From positions 29,068 to 93,067 of the IMG/VR virus record IMGVR_UViG_3300010935_000101: DNA of 64,000 bases; one strand, written 5' to 3'. The position numbers and the translations under genes were made by a program. The DNA is from a virus. A model generated the notes under the pieces. It saw only the letters and a list, made by a program, of their open reading frames with translations. It had not been told where the DNA came from and ran no database searches. Shown here one piece after another: positions 38,895-48,724 of the stretch (the first letter of the stretch is position 1; the number at the start of each line of letters is the position of its first letter).

Positions 38895-41046
38895 TTGGTT
38901 GACCCTTGTCTTTCTCAGCTAACTTTGTAGCCGCATCAAACTCTTTGTCTAACTCGTGTTCATTTCTTTTTTGTCCTGACACATCTTTTACGAATTCATT
39001 TGCAAGTGCATCAGCTTCTTCTTTTAACTTATCAGCATTAGCAAGTGCTTCCTCCGCTCTACCAAGTGCTTCTTTTGATTTAGCGTTTTTTAGTACTCTG
39101 TCAAATTTATTTTCTTCTGCTCTAGAAACTCTTTCTACAATTCTTGAATCCATTTCTTCTAATTCTTTTCTCGCAATTACTATTTTCAACTTAGCTTCTT
39201 CTAGTGCAAGCATTTGTAATTCCTCTTGAACTGGGTTTGGTTTTGGTTCATAACTCTCTATTGACTTAGCCAATCCAGGTTGTTTCCACAACTTAGCAAT
39301 CTTCGCTCTGTATATCCTTGCCTCAGCAGGATCCATGCTAGCAGCATTTGTTTGTAATAACGTATTTAGTTTGTTAGCAGTATCTTGATCTTTCTCTGGT
39401 GTAGATACATCAATTTTTAAGTCGAATTCTCCGGCCAAGTCATCTCTACGAATAGTAACGAATTCTTCATTAGTTACCCTAACTACTTCTTCTTCACTTA
39501 AGTATGCTTGGTTCATAGCAATTGTAAGTCTTGCCATATCTTTGAATAGCTCACTTAATCTTCTTAGTATACTCAACTCTCTTTGACTTGTAGCATCTAG
39601 TGCTGATCTAACCCCGCCTACGCTATCTCCAAGTGCATTACCTGATATCCCACCAGCAAATGCTTTCGTACCAGTTAGCGACTCAGCATCCGATTGTTGC
39701 CATTGAATCATATTGAATACGCTTGACGGAACTGGAGCAACTGTGTTTTTGTATATTGAATTTTTTGGGTTTAATCCAGCTCTATAATAAACTGTATTAC
39801 CTTTTTCGTATTGTTGTCTAACGGACATATTTGGGAATAGTGTTTCATCTATGAACTCTTGTCCAACTGCTTGTTCACTTGTTATGTCATGCGCAGCTCT
39901 TGTCAATTTACCAATTGATTCTTGATTTTCCCTCAATAACTCAGCATCTGGTTCACCCATTACTTCTTTTTTGATTGGCATGTATTGTGCTATACTGAAT
40001 GGCAACCTTTTGTGTGGGAATGGATTTTCCTCTAATCTAATTAGTATCTCTCCAACCCATGTAGCAACTATTGGCACTAATTCATCATCACCATTAATAT
40101 CCCAATAGCCCCAGTATTCATAGGCTGTTAATTTCTTTCTAGCTTTATCTGTAAATTTAAAATTATTATATGCGCTACTTTTGTGTTCATCATATATAGC
40201 TTTACCATCTTCATCTTTCAGTAATTCCAAGTTGTGATAGACACCAGAAACTTCTCCAGATTCTGCATCCTTGAAGTACTCTTCTTTTTTTAATTCAGCA
40301 ATATTAACATCATATTCATGAATTATGAAATTAGCATCTTCAATATACCCTTCACATGTAGGGTCAATTATTATATTAGCAGTATTACATACTTCGTATT
40401 TTGGTTGGTTTTTTACTATCTTTGGAACTTCAACTTCAACTTCTCGAACCCCAGTTTGCATTGGTTCACCAGAAGCCATCCTTTGTTGGAATTCAGCCAT
40501 AGGCATTTGTCCACTTCTAACTGCCTGCTCCATTAGCATTAACGATTCTTCTGGACTAGCATACACTGGCTCTTCTTGCATTACTTTGACTAATTTTTCT
40601 TCAACTTCCCAACCAGTTTTAGTTATCACAGTACCATCATCAACAACATATCTAACTATGTCATTTATTAATTTAACTTTATTGACTTTAGTAGACCATT
40701 GATAATTTAGCAGCAATTCGTTTTGTTCTGCTGCTTTAACATCTTCCCATGTTCTTGGGTTAATCTCAAACATATCTTCGGTATTTAGGAATGGATCTTC
40801 TAATTTTGGATACTTCCACTCAGCATTTTTTCTAACTACCTTTGGTCTGGCAGTAGACTTACCTGGTCTGGCACTAATTTGTGGCCCACCATCTCTATCT
40901 TCTTCATACTGCAGTAATTTCTTTTTGTAATCTTCATGGAATGATGAGGACCCATCTAAGTCATTTTTGAAATCATTATATGTCGGCTCATTTTCCCACG
41001 TTGTGAGTTTTTTAGCCTCATTAAGTTTTGTTTTTTGTACTTTCAT
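38887..41046 (-). CDS. Portal protein (N4 gp59-like)
   Basis: W.NEPT..DFK.D, RPK.VRK.AEW.YP.L.DPFL, YEYWG, E.NPFPH, SGNALG. Confidence 0.88.
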   Translation of the reverse strand: MKVQKTKLNEAKKLTTWENEPTYNDFKNDLDGSSSFHEDYKKKLLQYEEDRDGGPQISARPGKSTARPKVVRKNAEWKYPKLEDPFLNTEDMFEINPRTWEDVKAAEQNELLLNYQWSTKVNKVKLINDIVRYVVDDGTVITKTGWEVEEKLVKVMQEEPVYASPEESLMLMEQAVRSGQMPMAEFQQRMASGEPMQTGVREVEVEVPKIVKNQPKYEVCNTANIIIDPTCEGYIEDANFIIHEYDVNIAELKKEEYFKDAESGEVSGVYHNLELLKDEDGKAIYDEHKSSAYNNFKFTDKARKKLTAYEYWGYWDINGDDELVPIVATWVGEILIRLEENPFPHKRLPFSIAQYMPIKKEVMGEPDAELLRENQESIGKLTRAAHDITSEQAVGQEFIDETLFPNMSVRQQYEKGNTVYYRAGLNPKNSIYKNTVAPVPSSVFNMIQWQQSDAESLTGTKAFAGGISGNALGDSVGGVRSALDATSQRELSILRRLSELFKDMARLTIAMNQAYLSEEEVVRVTNEEFVTIRRDDLAGEFDLKIDVSTPEKDQDTANKLNTLLQTNAASMDPAEARIYRAKIAKLWKQPGLAKSIESYEPKPNPVQEELQMLALEEAKLKIVIARKELEEMDSRIVERVSRAEENKFDRVLKNAKSKEALGRAEEALANADKLKEEADALANEFVKDVSGQKRNEHELDKEFDAATKLAEKDKGQPNG

Positions 41047-41083
41047 GGTAATCCTCTATTAGTTATTGCTTTATTATATCGTT

Positions 41084-41581
41084 TTAATTCTTAAGTTGCA
41101 CTAAGATAGGTGTTACATATAACATGTAGTTATTAATGAATTCTTCCGGGGTTGCTTTACCAGCAGAACTATTGTACCATTTTTTGTAATACTGTGCCAT
41201 CAATTCCAACTCAATTGGAATAATACTAGGTACTAATTTGTACTTCAATCTAACAAACAACACTGCCAGAAATGGGTTATGCCATATTTCTCTCCATGTT
41301 ATTTTCTTAACATCAATATCCCATGCATCAATGCATCTTTGTCTATCCTTTTCACTAGTTCTATCTACTACATCATTGAACGGCATCTCATCGAATTGTG
41401 CAATGCTTTGTCCGGCACTTGTGGGAGTGGGGTCTTTGTATGTTCCTAAATGGGTTTCTTGTGCTATTGTACCTAGTATCAGTAAATCTGCATTTGCATT
41501 ATTACCATTGCCAAGTACTGTGCATACTTCTTTAACATAATCTAGTAGATGTTCTTTTTTAATTAACCCGTAATAGATCAT
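41084..41581 (-). CDS. Putative endolysin (lysozyme-like fold)
   Basis: TIAQETHLG...AQFD...YYKKWYN; next to membrane/holin genes. Confidence 0.5.
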   Translation of the reverse strand: MIYYGLIKKEHLLDYVKEVCTVLGNGNNANADLLILGTIAQETHLGTYKDPTPTSAGQSIAQFDEMPFNDVVDRTSEKDRQRCIDAWDIDVKKITWREIWHNPFLAVLFVRLKYKLVPSIIPIELELMAQYYKKWYNSSAGKATPEEFINNYMLYVTPILVQLKN

Positions 41582-42027
41582 TTTGTAATCCTTAATTTGA
41601 CCATTGGCAATTCAAAACTGTGTCTCCACCAAGGTGGTGTATAAGTAACTATGTATGTTCTGAAATCCCATTTACCTGGATGGGTGTCATCTGGAATAAG
41701 TACACTTCTACATATATTTTTTAATCCCTTTTTTCTTGGAACATAAACTGTTGGAAAAATAACAGGGGCAACAACAATTTTGTCGTCTTCGTCTGGTTCT
41801 GCTGTTAAAGCTCGACTAATATCCAAATCTACATCTCTAGTATATTCTACTGTTCTGCATAACAGAAATGAAGTTCCTCTTTTAACTACTATTTCACCAT
41901 TTGGATTATGTGTAATAATTATAGGATTTTGTGTAGACAACACAAACGTCCAAAATAAAAGTAGCATAGTAGAGCCAATAAGTATGGCTAACTTATCCGT
42001 GAGTATTTGCTTAAAAATCCTTTTCAT
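41578..42027 (-). CDS. N-terminally anchored membrane protein (lysis block)
   Basis: Single N-terminal TM segment. Confidence 0.55.
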   Translation of the reverse strand: MKRIFKQILTDKLAILIGSTMLLLFWTFVLSTQNPIIITHNPNGEIVVKRGTSFLLCRTVEYTRDVDLDISRALTAEPDEDDKIVVAPVIFPTVYVPRKKGLKNICRSVLIPDDTHPGKWDFRTYIVTYTPPWWRHSFELPMVKLRITK

Positions 42028-42254
42028 TTTGCTGCTACCTCTTGGATAAACCTTACTGCTGCATACCCAAGTACACTCATAAGTGACATAGTTCCAAACC
42101 AGATTATTGCAAAAGTTATAGAAGTTCTAACTTTCTCTTTTCTTTCTTTTCTAACTTTACTTTCTATCATTTCACCCTCTACCCAATAATGATGCTTCTT
42201 ATGCACTTCAAAAGGTATTCTTCCATCTTCATTATCTGGTATGAACTCACTCAT
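42024..42254 (-). CDS. Small membrane protein, possible holin/antiholin
   Basis: One C-terminal TM segment. Confidence 0.5.
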   Translation of the reverse strand: MSEFIPDNEDGRIPFEVHKKHHYWVEGEMIESKVRKERKEKVRTSITFAIIWFGTMSLMSVLGYAAVRFIQEVAAK

Positions 42255-42285
42255 TACTTACCACCCTCACTTAATTTTTTTTAGT

Positions 42286-42294
42286 ATTATACCA
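42286..42294 (-). promoter_or_regulatory. Extended -10 promoter TGGTATAAT
   Basis: Reverse complement of ATTATACCA in intergenic gap. Confidence 0.6.
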
Positions 42295-42302
42295 TATTTT
42301 TA

Positions 42303-42788
42303 CTAGTTAATCCCAATATTTTTGGTATCTACGCCTTTTTCTTTATCTCTTGATCTTAATATAGCCATACCTAGCATAGAACCAAGCAATGCTATAACAT
42401 CTCCTACTCCTAAATCAGGGAATACTGGGAGTGCTGGTATAATAACTCCTGCTTCTACAGAGAATGTTAAATACACTTGATAACACCAAAATCCTGTCAT
42501 TACCAAGGCTTTAGGAACATACATTACAAACAATGATATTACTCCTACCCAGCCGACAGCAGGCCTCCACCCACTTACGAACCAACTGGGGTTCTTAGCT
42601 TCTTCTCTATTTATCTCTAACTGCCCTACCATCAGTTGTACATGAGCATTTAGCTGTGCCAAATCCCCAGTTTGTTTTAATGTCTCTAACTTTAGCAATT
42701 CTTCAGCCTGTTTAGTTGGGTCTGGCCATATTTTTTCTATAGCAATCTTTCCTAAGTCAAACGCAGCTGTTAATGGATCAAAACTCAT
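42303..42788 (-). CDS. Holin (GTA 3TM-type)
   Basis: KIWPDP...EEAKNPSWFVSGWRPAVGWVG...LLGSMLG.A.LRS.DK.KG. Confidence 0.75.
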   Translation of the reverse strand: MSFDPLTAAFDLGKIAIEKIWPDPTKQAEELLKLETLKQTGDLAQLNAHVQLMVGQLEINREEAKNPSWFVSGWRPAVGWVGVISLFVMYVPKALVMTGFWCYQVYLTFSVEAGVIIPALPVFPDLGVGDVIALLGSMLGMAILRSRDKEKGVDTKNIGIN

Positions 42789-42800
42789 AATATCTCCTTA

Positions 42801-43172
42801 TTAATATTTACTCTCATGGGCTTGGCAAACTCTTAAATTATGGCAGATAAAGTCAAACTTTTCACACCATACTCTACCACCGCCATCTATATCATACTTG
42901 TTATATGGAACATGTTCCATAGCTTCAAGTGCACCTTCTGAATAGTCTCCATATTCACAGTTACCACATCTCTTACGTCTTCCCTCTTTTTCACTAACCA
43001 TCATTTTGTCCGCAAAAGTTACCCAGAATCTCTTATTCCCATTTACAGAAACTTCTGCCTCTGCTGGTCCAAGAGTCCAGTCTTTTACAAGTGAACGCAT
43101 TATAACCATATTATCTTTCTTGGTCAACTCTCTTGCTTCTTTGTATCTTCCATTATATTCTACTGTATCCAT
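42801..43172 (-). CDS. Cys-containing hypothetical protein
   Basis: Start moved to ATG 43172 (AAGGAG); CGNC...WCEKFDFIC..RVC. Confidence 0.65.
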   Translation of the reverse strand: MDTVEYNGRYKEARELTKKDNMVIMRSLVKDWTLGPAEAEVSVNGNKRFWVTFADKMMVSEKEGRRKRCGNCEYGDYSEGALEAMEHVPYNKYDIDGGGRVWCEKFDFICHNLRVCQAHESKY

Positions 43173-43173
43173 T

Positions 43174-43422
43174 TTATTCTCCTTCACTTTTAAAGCAGTG
43201 ATTTTGTTCAAACTTTCTAAGTAAGCAACATAAAGCTTTCTCAAACAAGTTAGCTTCGTTCCTTTGAATCTTTCTTCCTATATAACTACTTATTGTTTCA
43301 TCTTGTGATTTGTTCCACCCAACACAACCAATGGCTTGGTCAAAGGATATTACTATCCTCATAACCCTACTCCTCTTAGCTATATCTCTATCAAACTTAC
43401 TAAAGAGTTCTTCTTTTACCAT
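43174..43422 (-). CDS. Conserved tail-region hypothetical protein
   Basis: DQ...DETISS..G...LC..L...NHC pattern. Confidence 0.6.
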   Translation of the reverse strand: MVKEELFSKFDRDIAKRSRVMRIVISFDQAIGCVGWNKSQDETISSYIGRKIQRNEANLFEKALCCLLRKFEQNHCFKSEGE

Positions 43423-44270
43423 ACTATTGCCTTAACTTCATCTACAGTTGTACAAGCATCTACTTGTTTTATAAGTCGTTGAAATTTACCAATTTGACCA
43501 GCATAAAACACAGAGTAAGCATCCGCTTTGGTGATCACTTTATCTATAAGTTGGGATTTAGTTTCACCATTAGCTCTTGAAGCCAGTAACACATCTATAA
43601 AAGGAGTAGCTGCCAAGTTATCTAATAACCAAGCCCTAGCTTCTTTTTCTTGCGTTGTAAAACTAGCAATTTCCCATGAGGCGGTATCTCCTAGAATGCC
43701 ACGCAGCTCCTTATCTTGTTCAGTTTTTAGCCATATCTTCATATCATTCTTAGCATCTATTATGCTTATATTCCAAGCTGTAGTGTAGAAGTAATGGCTT
43801 CTTAAAAAAGGGTACTCAGATAATGTATCTGGGGCATACTTTGTGCCTTTATTATACCTAGTATCTCCATAACCAATATACATGCCTGTTACTGAGTCCA
43901 CCAAGCAGCATACTGCCCATGAGCCCTCATACCATTTTTCATTCTCTCCGGATGGTGCAGTATCAACAACTAAATACTTATCAGTATTATTAAGCTCTCC
44001 TACATAGTTCCCCCCAGCATCAACACAGTGATATAGTAATATAGGTTTTGGCTCAACTACAGCAGCAATAGGAGGAGTGAAACTGTCTATGAATGCTTCT
44101 GCATTTAAAATCTGCTCATCGTTTAATGGTATATCATCCATCATCTTTAGTGTTGGTTCATAGTAAAAATTTACACCTGTAATAAAACTAGGTTTTATTG
44201 CGGTATCACTATAAAAACCAATATCGTTTATTACAGTTATCTTTCCTTCGACATAGGTAAGTACTCTCAT
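43416..44270 (-). CDS. Tail fibre assembly-like protein
   Basis: C-terminal Q..EA.AW..D..A.TP..D.L..R...KA..Y...G..Q......T..EV.AI.W. Confidence 0.65.
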   Translation of the reverse strand: MRVLTYVEGKITVINDIGFYSDTAIKPSFITGVNFYYEPTLKMMDDIPLNDEQILNAEAFIDSFTPPIAAVVEPKPILLYHCVDAGGNYVGELNNTDKYLVVDTAPSGENEKWYEGSWAVCCLVDSVTGMYIGYGDTRYNKGTKYAPDTLSEYPFLRSHYFYTTAWNISIIDAKNDMKIWLKTEQDKELRGILGDTASWEIASFTTQEKEARAWLLDNLAATPFIDVLLASRANGETKSQLIDKVITKADAYSVFYAGQIGKFQRLIKQVDACTTVDEVKAIVW

Positions 44271-46087
44271 TTGTCATCCTTCATATATACAAATTTTAAA
44301 TTATGAAAAGGTATATTTATGGCTTGTATATGGTAAAAAGCATTTTTTGCATGTTTTTCGTAATGGTAAATTCTTGCTTGTTTTGTTGTGAAAAATATAC
44401 TGTTAAATACACCATCTAAATAGCTATCTTTATGCCTATGTATAATGTCTGAAATATCTAAAATAATTTTATCACCATCCACAGACTCGCTCATTTCTAG
44501 GATTTGATTATAATAAATTCCCTCTTCCCATAAATGCTCTTGTTTAGTTCTTTTCTCTTCACCATAAGTTGTTGCAGTATTTCTAAGCATACTGATTTTA
44601 AGCTCATTACCTGAAAGACTATCCTCTTCACAGTTTGCTAAAAAGTATTTTTTATCCATCTCTAATTTAATCTCATCACTGGACTTAATGCCATATATGG
44701 TTTGAAAGCTAAACTCTTGTGGCTCTAGTGGATATACCTCTCCATTCACTATTATCTTAAATATACCACTCTCATAGATAACCTTGAGCTTTTCGTCGTT
44801 ATCGATAATACTTTGTAACTTTTGTTCCTCTGAGTAAAGTTCAGGAGTAATGATATGGTGATCTCTTTTTGGATATACCTCAGTAAATTTTTTTATGTAC
44901 TTTGGGTTATTTGACAATACAAAATCTTTTACATATTCCTCTATCTCCTTAGTTTCCATCATTGGGTATCGTCTAGGGTTATCTCTATAGAGTGCTCTTT
45001 GAACTCCACACGTATAACTTCTATTAAGTCCTGTCTCTTTGCGGACTAACGAGCAACCTTGTTGACAGTATTTAAAGTAAGGGCAGGTAAAACAATCATC
45101 ACTAATCTCAAGAGTGCTCTCATTTTTCTCTATTACTTTTGTTGCATTTTCTTTTATCTTCGAGAAGCCATCCTTAAATATATTTCCATATTTGTACTCT
45201 GGGTCTGGCTGTGTTCTGTGGCAGGGATACACATCTCCATTCTTTTGTAGTATCAATTGGGTTGTTCCACAATTTTTAACATCAGTACAGTAACCACTTT
45301 GAAACTCTTTGAACCAACCATACTTGATGGCTTGCTCATATGGAGTGCCTATAAATTCTTGCTTTATCTTTTGATAAAACTCTACCATCTCGTCCTGTGA
45401 TAGCATTTCTGTGCCCTCTATCTTCTCTTGAAACTTGTCTTCACTTGCTTTAGAGTCATATCCAAACATGAAGTAAAAGTTTTCTATCATATTAAACCCT
45501 ATCACTTCATGCATGTACCTCAAGTCCTTGACGACTTCATCAATCTTCTCTAGGTGTGCTTTGGTAATAACACAAGACAAGCCTTTGCCATACTTATAGT
45601 CTTTTAATAGGGATATGTTCTTCAGTGTTTTTTCGAGTGTTGAATTGCCTTGCTTATCTACTCTATATTTAGCGTGTAGACTAAATGGTAAATCAAAAGA
45701 ACCACTTACTGTTACTTTGTGCTTACTATACAGCGCTTGCAATTTAGCAAAGTTATGTAAGTTTGTTTTAATATGGATATTAGCCATCCGGACAGATCCA
45801 GCAGTCGCCACGTTTCTTTCTAGACTGTTCTCACTTAACTTATTTGTCATATACTCAAACATTTCAGACAAATATTTTTCAGGTATAGTAGATACTTCTG
45901 CTCCATGCAACTGAAATCTAGATATACCATAACCGGCTTTTTCAATCTCTTGTACAGCCTGCTCTAGTTTTGTGGTTATGTCAGTATGTGTATCTTTATT
46001 ATCTGTAAGGCTACCTAAGTAACAATATTTGCAGCCAAAGTTACAGTATTGGTTTGGCACATATATAAGCGCTATATGTTCTTTCAT
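44267..46087 (-). CDS. Radical SAM/SPASM enzyme with long C-terminal extension
   Basis: CNFGCKYC (CxxxCxxC); SPASM C-x5-C...GDVYPC...CFTC-x5-C-x3-C...C. Confidence 0.92.
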   Translation of the reverse strand: MKEHIALIYVPNQYCNFGCKYCYLGSLTDNKDTHTDITTKLEQAVQEIEKAGYGISRFQLHGAEVSTIPEKYLSEMFEYMTNKLSENSLERNVATAGSVRMANIHIKTNLHNFAKLQALYSKHKVTVSGSFDLPFSLHAKYRVDKQGNSTLEKTLKNISLLKDYKYGKGLSCVITKAHLEKIDEVVKDLRYMHEVIGFNMIENFYFMFGYDSKASEDKFQEKIEGTEMLSQDEMVEFYQKIKQEFIGTPYEQAIKYGWFKEFQSGYCTDVKNCGTTQLILQKNGDVYPCHRTQPDPEYKYGNIFKDGFSKIKENATKVIEKNESTLEISDDCFTCPYFKYCQQGCSLVRKETGLNRSYTCGVQRALYRDNPRRYPMMETKEIEEYVKDFVLSNNPKYIKKFTEVYPKRDHHIITPELYSEEQKLQSIIDNDEKLKVIYESGIFKIIVNGEVYPLEPQEFSFQTIYGIKSSDEIKLEMDKKYFLANCEEDSLSGNELKISMLRNTATTYGEEKRTKQEHLWEEGIYYNQILEMSESVDGDKIILDISDIIHRHKDSYLDGVFNSIFFTTKQARIYHYEKHAKNAFYHIQAINIPFHNLKFVYMKDDK

Positions 46088-46686
46088 ATTTTGTCCCCAT
46101 TAAAAATTTCACCAGAATTTCTCAAATCTATTAAAACTTTAAAATACTCATTATCCCAACTCTTTGCCCTATAGGTATATGGAACACTTCCTCCGGGTAC
46201 TTGTCCTAAAACATAATGTAGAAAATCACAAATGACCGTTGCTTTATCGATGTTATTTTGAAGATACAGTTTCGCTTTTGTGAACATCTTCATTCTAATA
46301 GTATTTTTGTCCTCTTTTGCTCTATTGTAGTAACCGTCAATTAATCTGAATGTTTCTTCTAGTGACAAGTAACCATCAGCATGTCTATCATCTTTGTTTT
46401 GTAAAAATCCATTAGTAAAATACTTACTTAATTTTTCTTTGTACTCTGGCTGCCAAGTTCTTTTAACTTCATCACCAATAGGGGACTTACCATCACAAAA
46501 TCTATGAACAGCCAGTCTCATCATCTCTGGCATAATTGAGTTATCTGCTTGTATTACAGATATTATCTTGTTAAGAGTTTGTGGCTTATTCATCTTTCCG
46601 GAGTCCAAGGCCATGTCCCGTCCTTTTTCTAAGGCAGATATAGCTGTTTTTACATCCACCCCATTTATTTTGCTATTTATCCCCAT
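46084..46686 (-). CDS. Hypothetical protein coupled to the radical SAM gene
   Basis: AAGGA RBS; ATGA overlap with rSAM start. Confidence 0.75.
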   Translation of the reverse strand: MGINSKINGVDVKTAISALEKGRDMALDSGKMNKPQTLNKIISVIQADNSIMPEMMRLAVHRFCDGKSPIGDEVKRTWQPEYKEKLSKYFTNGFLQNKDDRHADGYLSLEETFRLIDGYYNRAKEDKNTIRMKMFTKAKLYLQNNIDKATVICDFLHYVLGQVPGGSVPYTYRAKSWDNEYFKVLIDLRNSGEIFNGDKI

Positions 46687-46697
46687 TGTATTTTCCT

Positions 46698-46802
46698 TTA
46701 GTGATTGCTGTTGTTTGTACAGTTAGTTGTTATACACGTACCATATGTTGTGGTTGTATTTACTACATAACTTAAATTCTCTGCTACTGCTACTGTTGTC
46801 AT
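46698..46802 (-). CDS. 34-aa peptide MTTVAVAENLSYVVNTTTTYGTCITTNCTNNSNH (candidate rSAM substrate)
   Basis: Hand-translated; GGAG RBS 7 nt upstream; fills the gap between flanking genes. Confidence 0.65.
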   Translation of the reverse strand: MTTVAVAENLSYVVNTTTTYGTCITTNCTNNSNH

Positions 46803-46805
46803 ATT

Positions 46806-47309
46806 TTATCTCCATTCATATCTATTGTAATATATATCTCTTTTACAGGCTGGGAAAGAATAAGAACATGGACACCCAGAGCAAGATGCACATAGTGCAC
46901 ATGTGCTGTACCTATAAAGTAACCAGTCCTTATTATCTGCTACCCTATTACCATTCGCATAAGCATAACATTGATTTATGTACTGTGCAGCATTAATTGC
47001 GTAGGCATCAGTTGTGAACCACACATCCATCAATTTGCCTAATCTAGAACCATCTGCTGCCTGAAGTACGCCAGCCCCATTAACGAATAGTTCCCCCTTG
47101 TCTGCATACTCAACTATGTCTCCGGCAGCACTAACAGCGTATGCATCCACATTATTATCTACCAGAATTGCACCGCTATGAACAATAGTCCACGTTCCTG
47201 CAATCTTACGATACACTTTTTTAGCTTCCGTCCATACGCTAGCTATATTTCTGTATACCTTTTTAATAGGAGTCCAAACTCCTGCTATTTTTTTATATGT
47301 CTTTGCCAT
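46806..47309 (-). CDS. Tail fibre tip/adhesin-like protein with six-Cys C-terminus
   Basis: Three YxxIAxxWT repeats; CALCASCSGCPCSYSFPAC; start at ATG 47309 via TAATG overlap. Confidence 0.7.
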   Translation of the reverse strand: MAKTYKKIAGVWTPIKKVYRNIASVWTEAKKVYRKIAGTWTIVHSGAILVDNNVDAYAVSAAGDIVEYADKGELFVNGAGVLQAADGSRLGKLMDVWFTTDAYAINAAQYINQCYAYANGNRVADNKDWLLYRYSTCALCASCSGCPCSYSFPACKRDIYYNRYEWR

Positions 47310-48724
47310 TATGTCATGTACCACCAGTCATTATCTACTCCACCACTTGGTGCGGAAACTGAAACACTTATAGTTCCACCTAACACTTTAGTTGTATCTG
47401 CTGCTGTGGCAGTCGTCGCCAACTTACCGGCTAAAGCAGTGTCAACTTCTGTCTTTGTATATGTTGTAGCTTGGTCTGCTTTTAATACATCCTTAGCATC
47501 TATACTAGCTTTAGTATATGTATCTGCTATACTAAATGTACCATAAGCTACTATATCTACTATATCATTTAGATTAGCACCTAAAGTTAAAGTTATGCTT
47601 GTGCCATTAGTAGCTGTAAAGTCTACTGTTGCTTGTAACTTACCACTATTTAAATATACATCTACAAACCCTACATCATATGTAACATTGAATATAGTTT
47701 GTCCAGCTGTTGCAATATAAACTTGCCTCTCTGATGTACCGTTTACTGAACTACCAGCTAATTTCCATATTGCACCATCATATATTTTCATAAGAAATGT
47801 AGTTTCATCAAACCATAAATTACCTAGTACAGGAGTTACTGGTTCTGTTGGTGAACTTTTATATTGTCCTTGAAATGTATTTAAACTATTTAAGGCACTA
47901 GCTGCACTTGCAGCTGTTTCACCTGCTTTGGTTGTAGCTATTCCTGCCTGTGCTGTACTTATAGTAGCATTAGTAAGAGCATTTAATATAGCACTATCAG
48001 TAGGTTGATTAGTACCTATTCCTTTTACTATATCTGCATATAATGCATCTAAGGTTACTTTGTCTGTAAAGATGCTATCTAGCTTAGCTTTATCAGCGTA
48101 TATACTATCTAACTTGGTCTTATCAGCATATAAACTATCTAACTTTATTTTATCAACAAACAAACTGTCCAGAACTGCTTTACTTGCGTATAGACTGTCT
48201 AATGTTAATTTATCAGCGTATAGAGAGTCAAGTTTAATCTTATCAGCATATAATGAGTCTAATGTTGCTTTATCAGTAAATAAAGAATCTAGTTTTGCTT
48301 TATCAGTAAAGATAGAGTCAAAAGTTAATTTATCTGCATATAAACTATCCAATGTAATTTTATCTGCATATAAACTATCCAATGTAATTTTATCTGCATA
48401 TAAACTATCCAATGTAATTTTATCTGCGTATAAGCTATCTAATGTAGCTTTGTCTGCATATAAGCTTTGCAATACAGCAGACATGGCTTCTAGTACCAAT
48501 AACTGATCTAGAGAATTAATGGTAGCACCAACATTAGAGTACATAGTCTGTATAGAACCATATATACCAGCACCTAATCTTGGGGCATTATCACTATCAG
48601 TTGTTTTACTTACTATGTCATGATAAATACCGTCTGTATATACATCACCTGGTGCACCACTTCCTCTAATTTCCCGTAAAATTTCAATAAAATCTTTATT
48701 TCCGGCCATATCTATACTCCCCAA
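47309..48724 (-). CDS. Tail fibre protein with decad repeats
   Basis: 14 x DKxxLDSLYA; GNLWFD..T..MKIYDG; ATAGQT.F.V.Y..G.VDVYLN domains. Confidence 0.8.
   Translation of the reverse strand: MGSIDMAGNKDFIEILREIRGSGAPGDVYTDGIYHDIVSKTTDSDNAPRLGAGIYGSIQTMYSNVGATINSLDQLLVLEAMSAVLQSLYADKATLDSLYADKITLDSLYADKITLDSLYADKITLDSLYADKLTFDSIFTDKAKLDSLFTDKATLDSLYADKIKLDSLYADKLTLDSLYASKAVLDSLFVDKIKLDSLYADKTKLDSIYADKAKLDSIFTDKVTLDALYADIVKGIGTNQPTDSAILNALTNATISTAQAGIATTKAGETAASAASALNSLNTFQGQYKSSPTEPVTPVLGNLWFDETTFLMKIYDGAIWKLAGSSVNGTSERQVYIATAGQTIFNVTYDVGFVDVYLNSGKLQATVDFTATNGTSITLTLGANLNDIVDIVAYGTFSIADTYTKASIDAKDVLKADQATTYTKTEVDTALAGKLATTATAADTTKVLGGTISVSVSAPSGGVDNDWWYMT
48035..48454 (-). repeat. 14 x 30-nt coding tandem repeat
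   Basis: Three exact copies at 48331-48420. Confidence 0.95.

Noticed and set aside
48035-48454. CRISPR-like array
   Set aside because: The units are contiguous in-frame coding repeats without unique spacers
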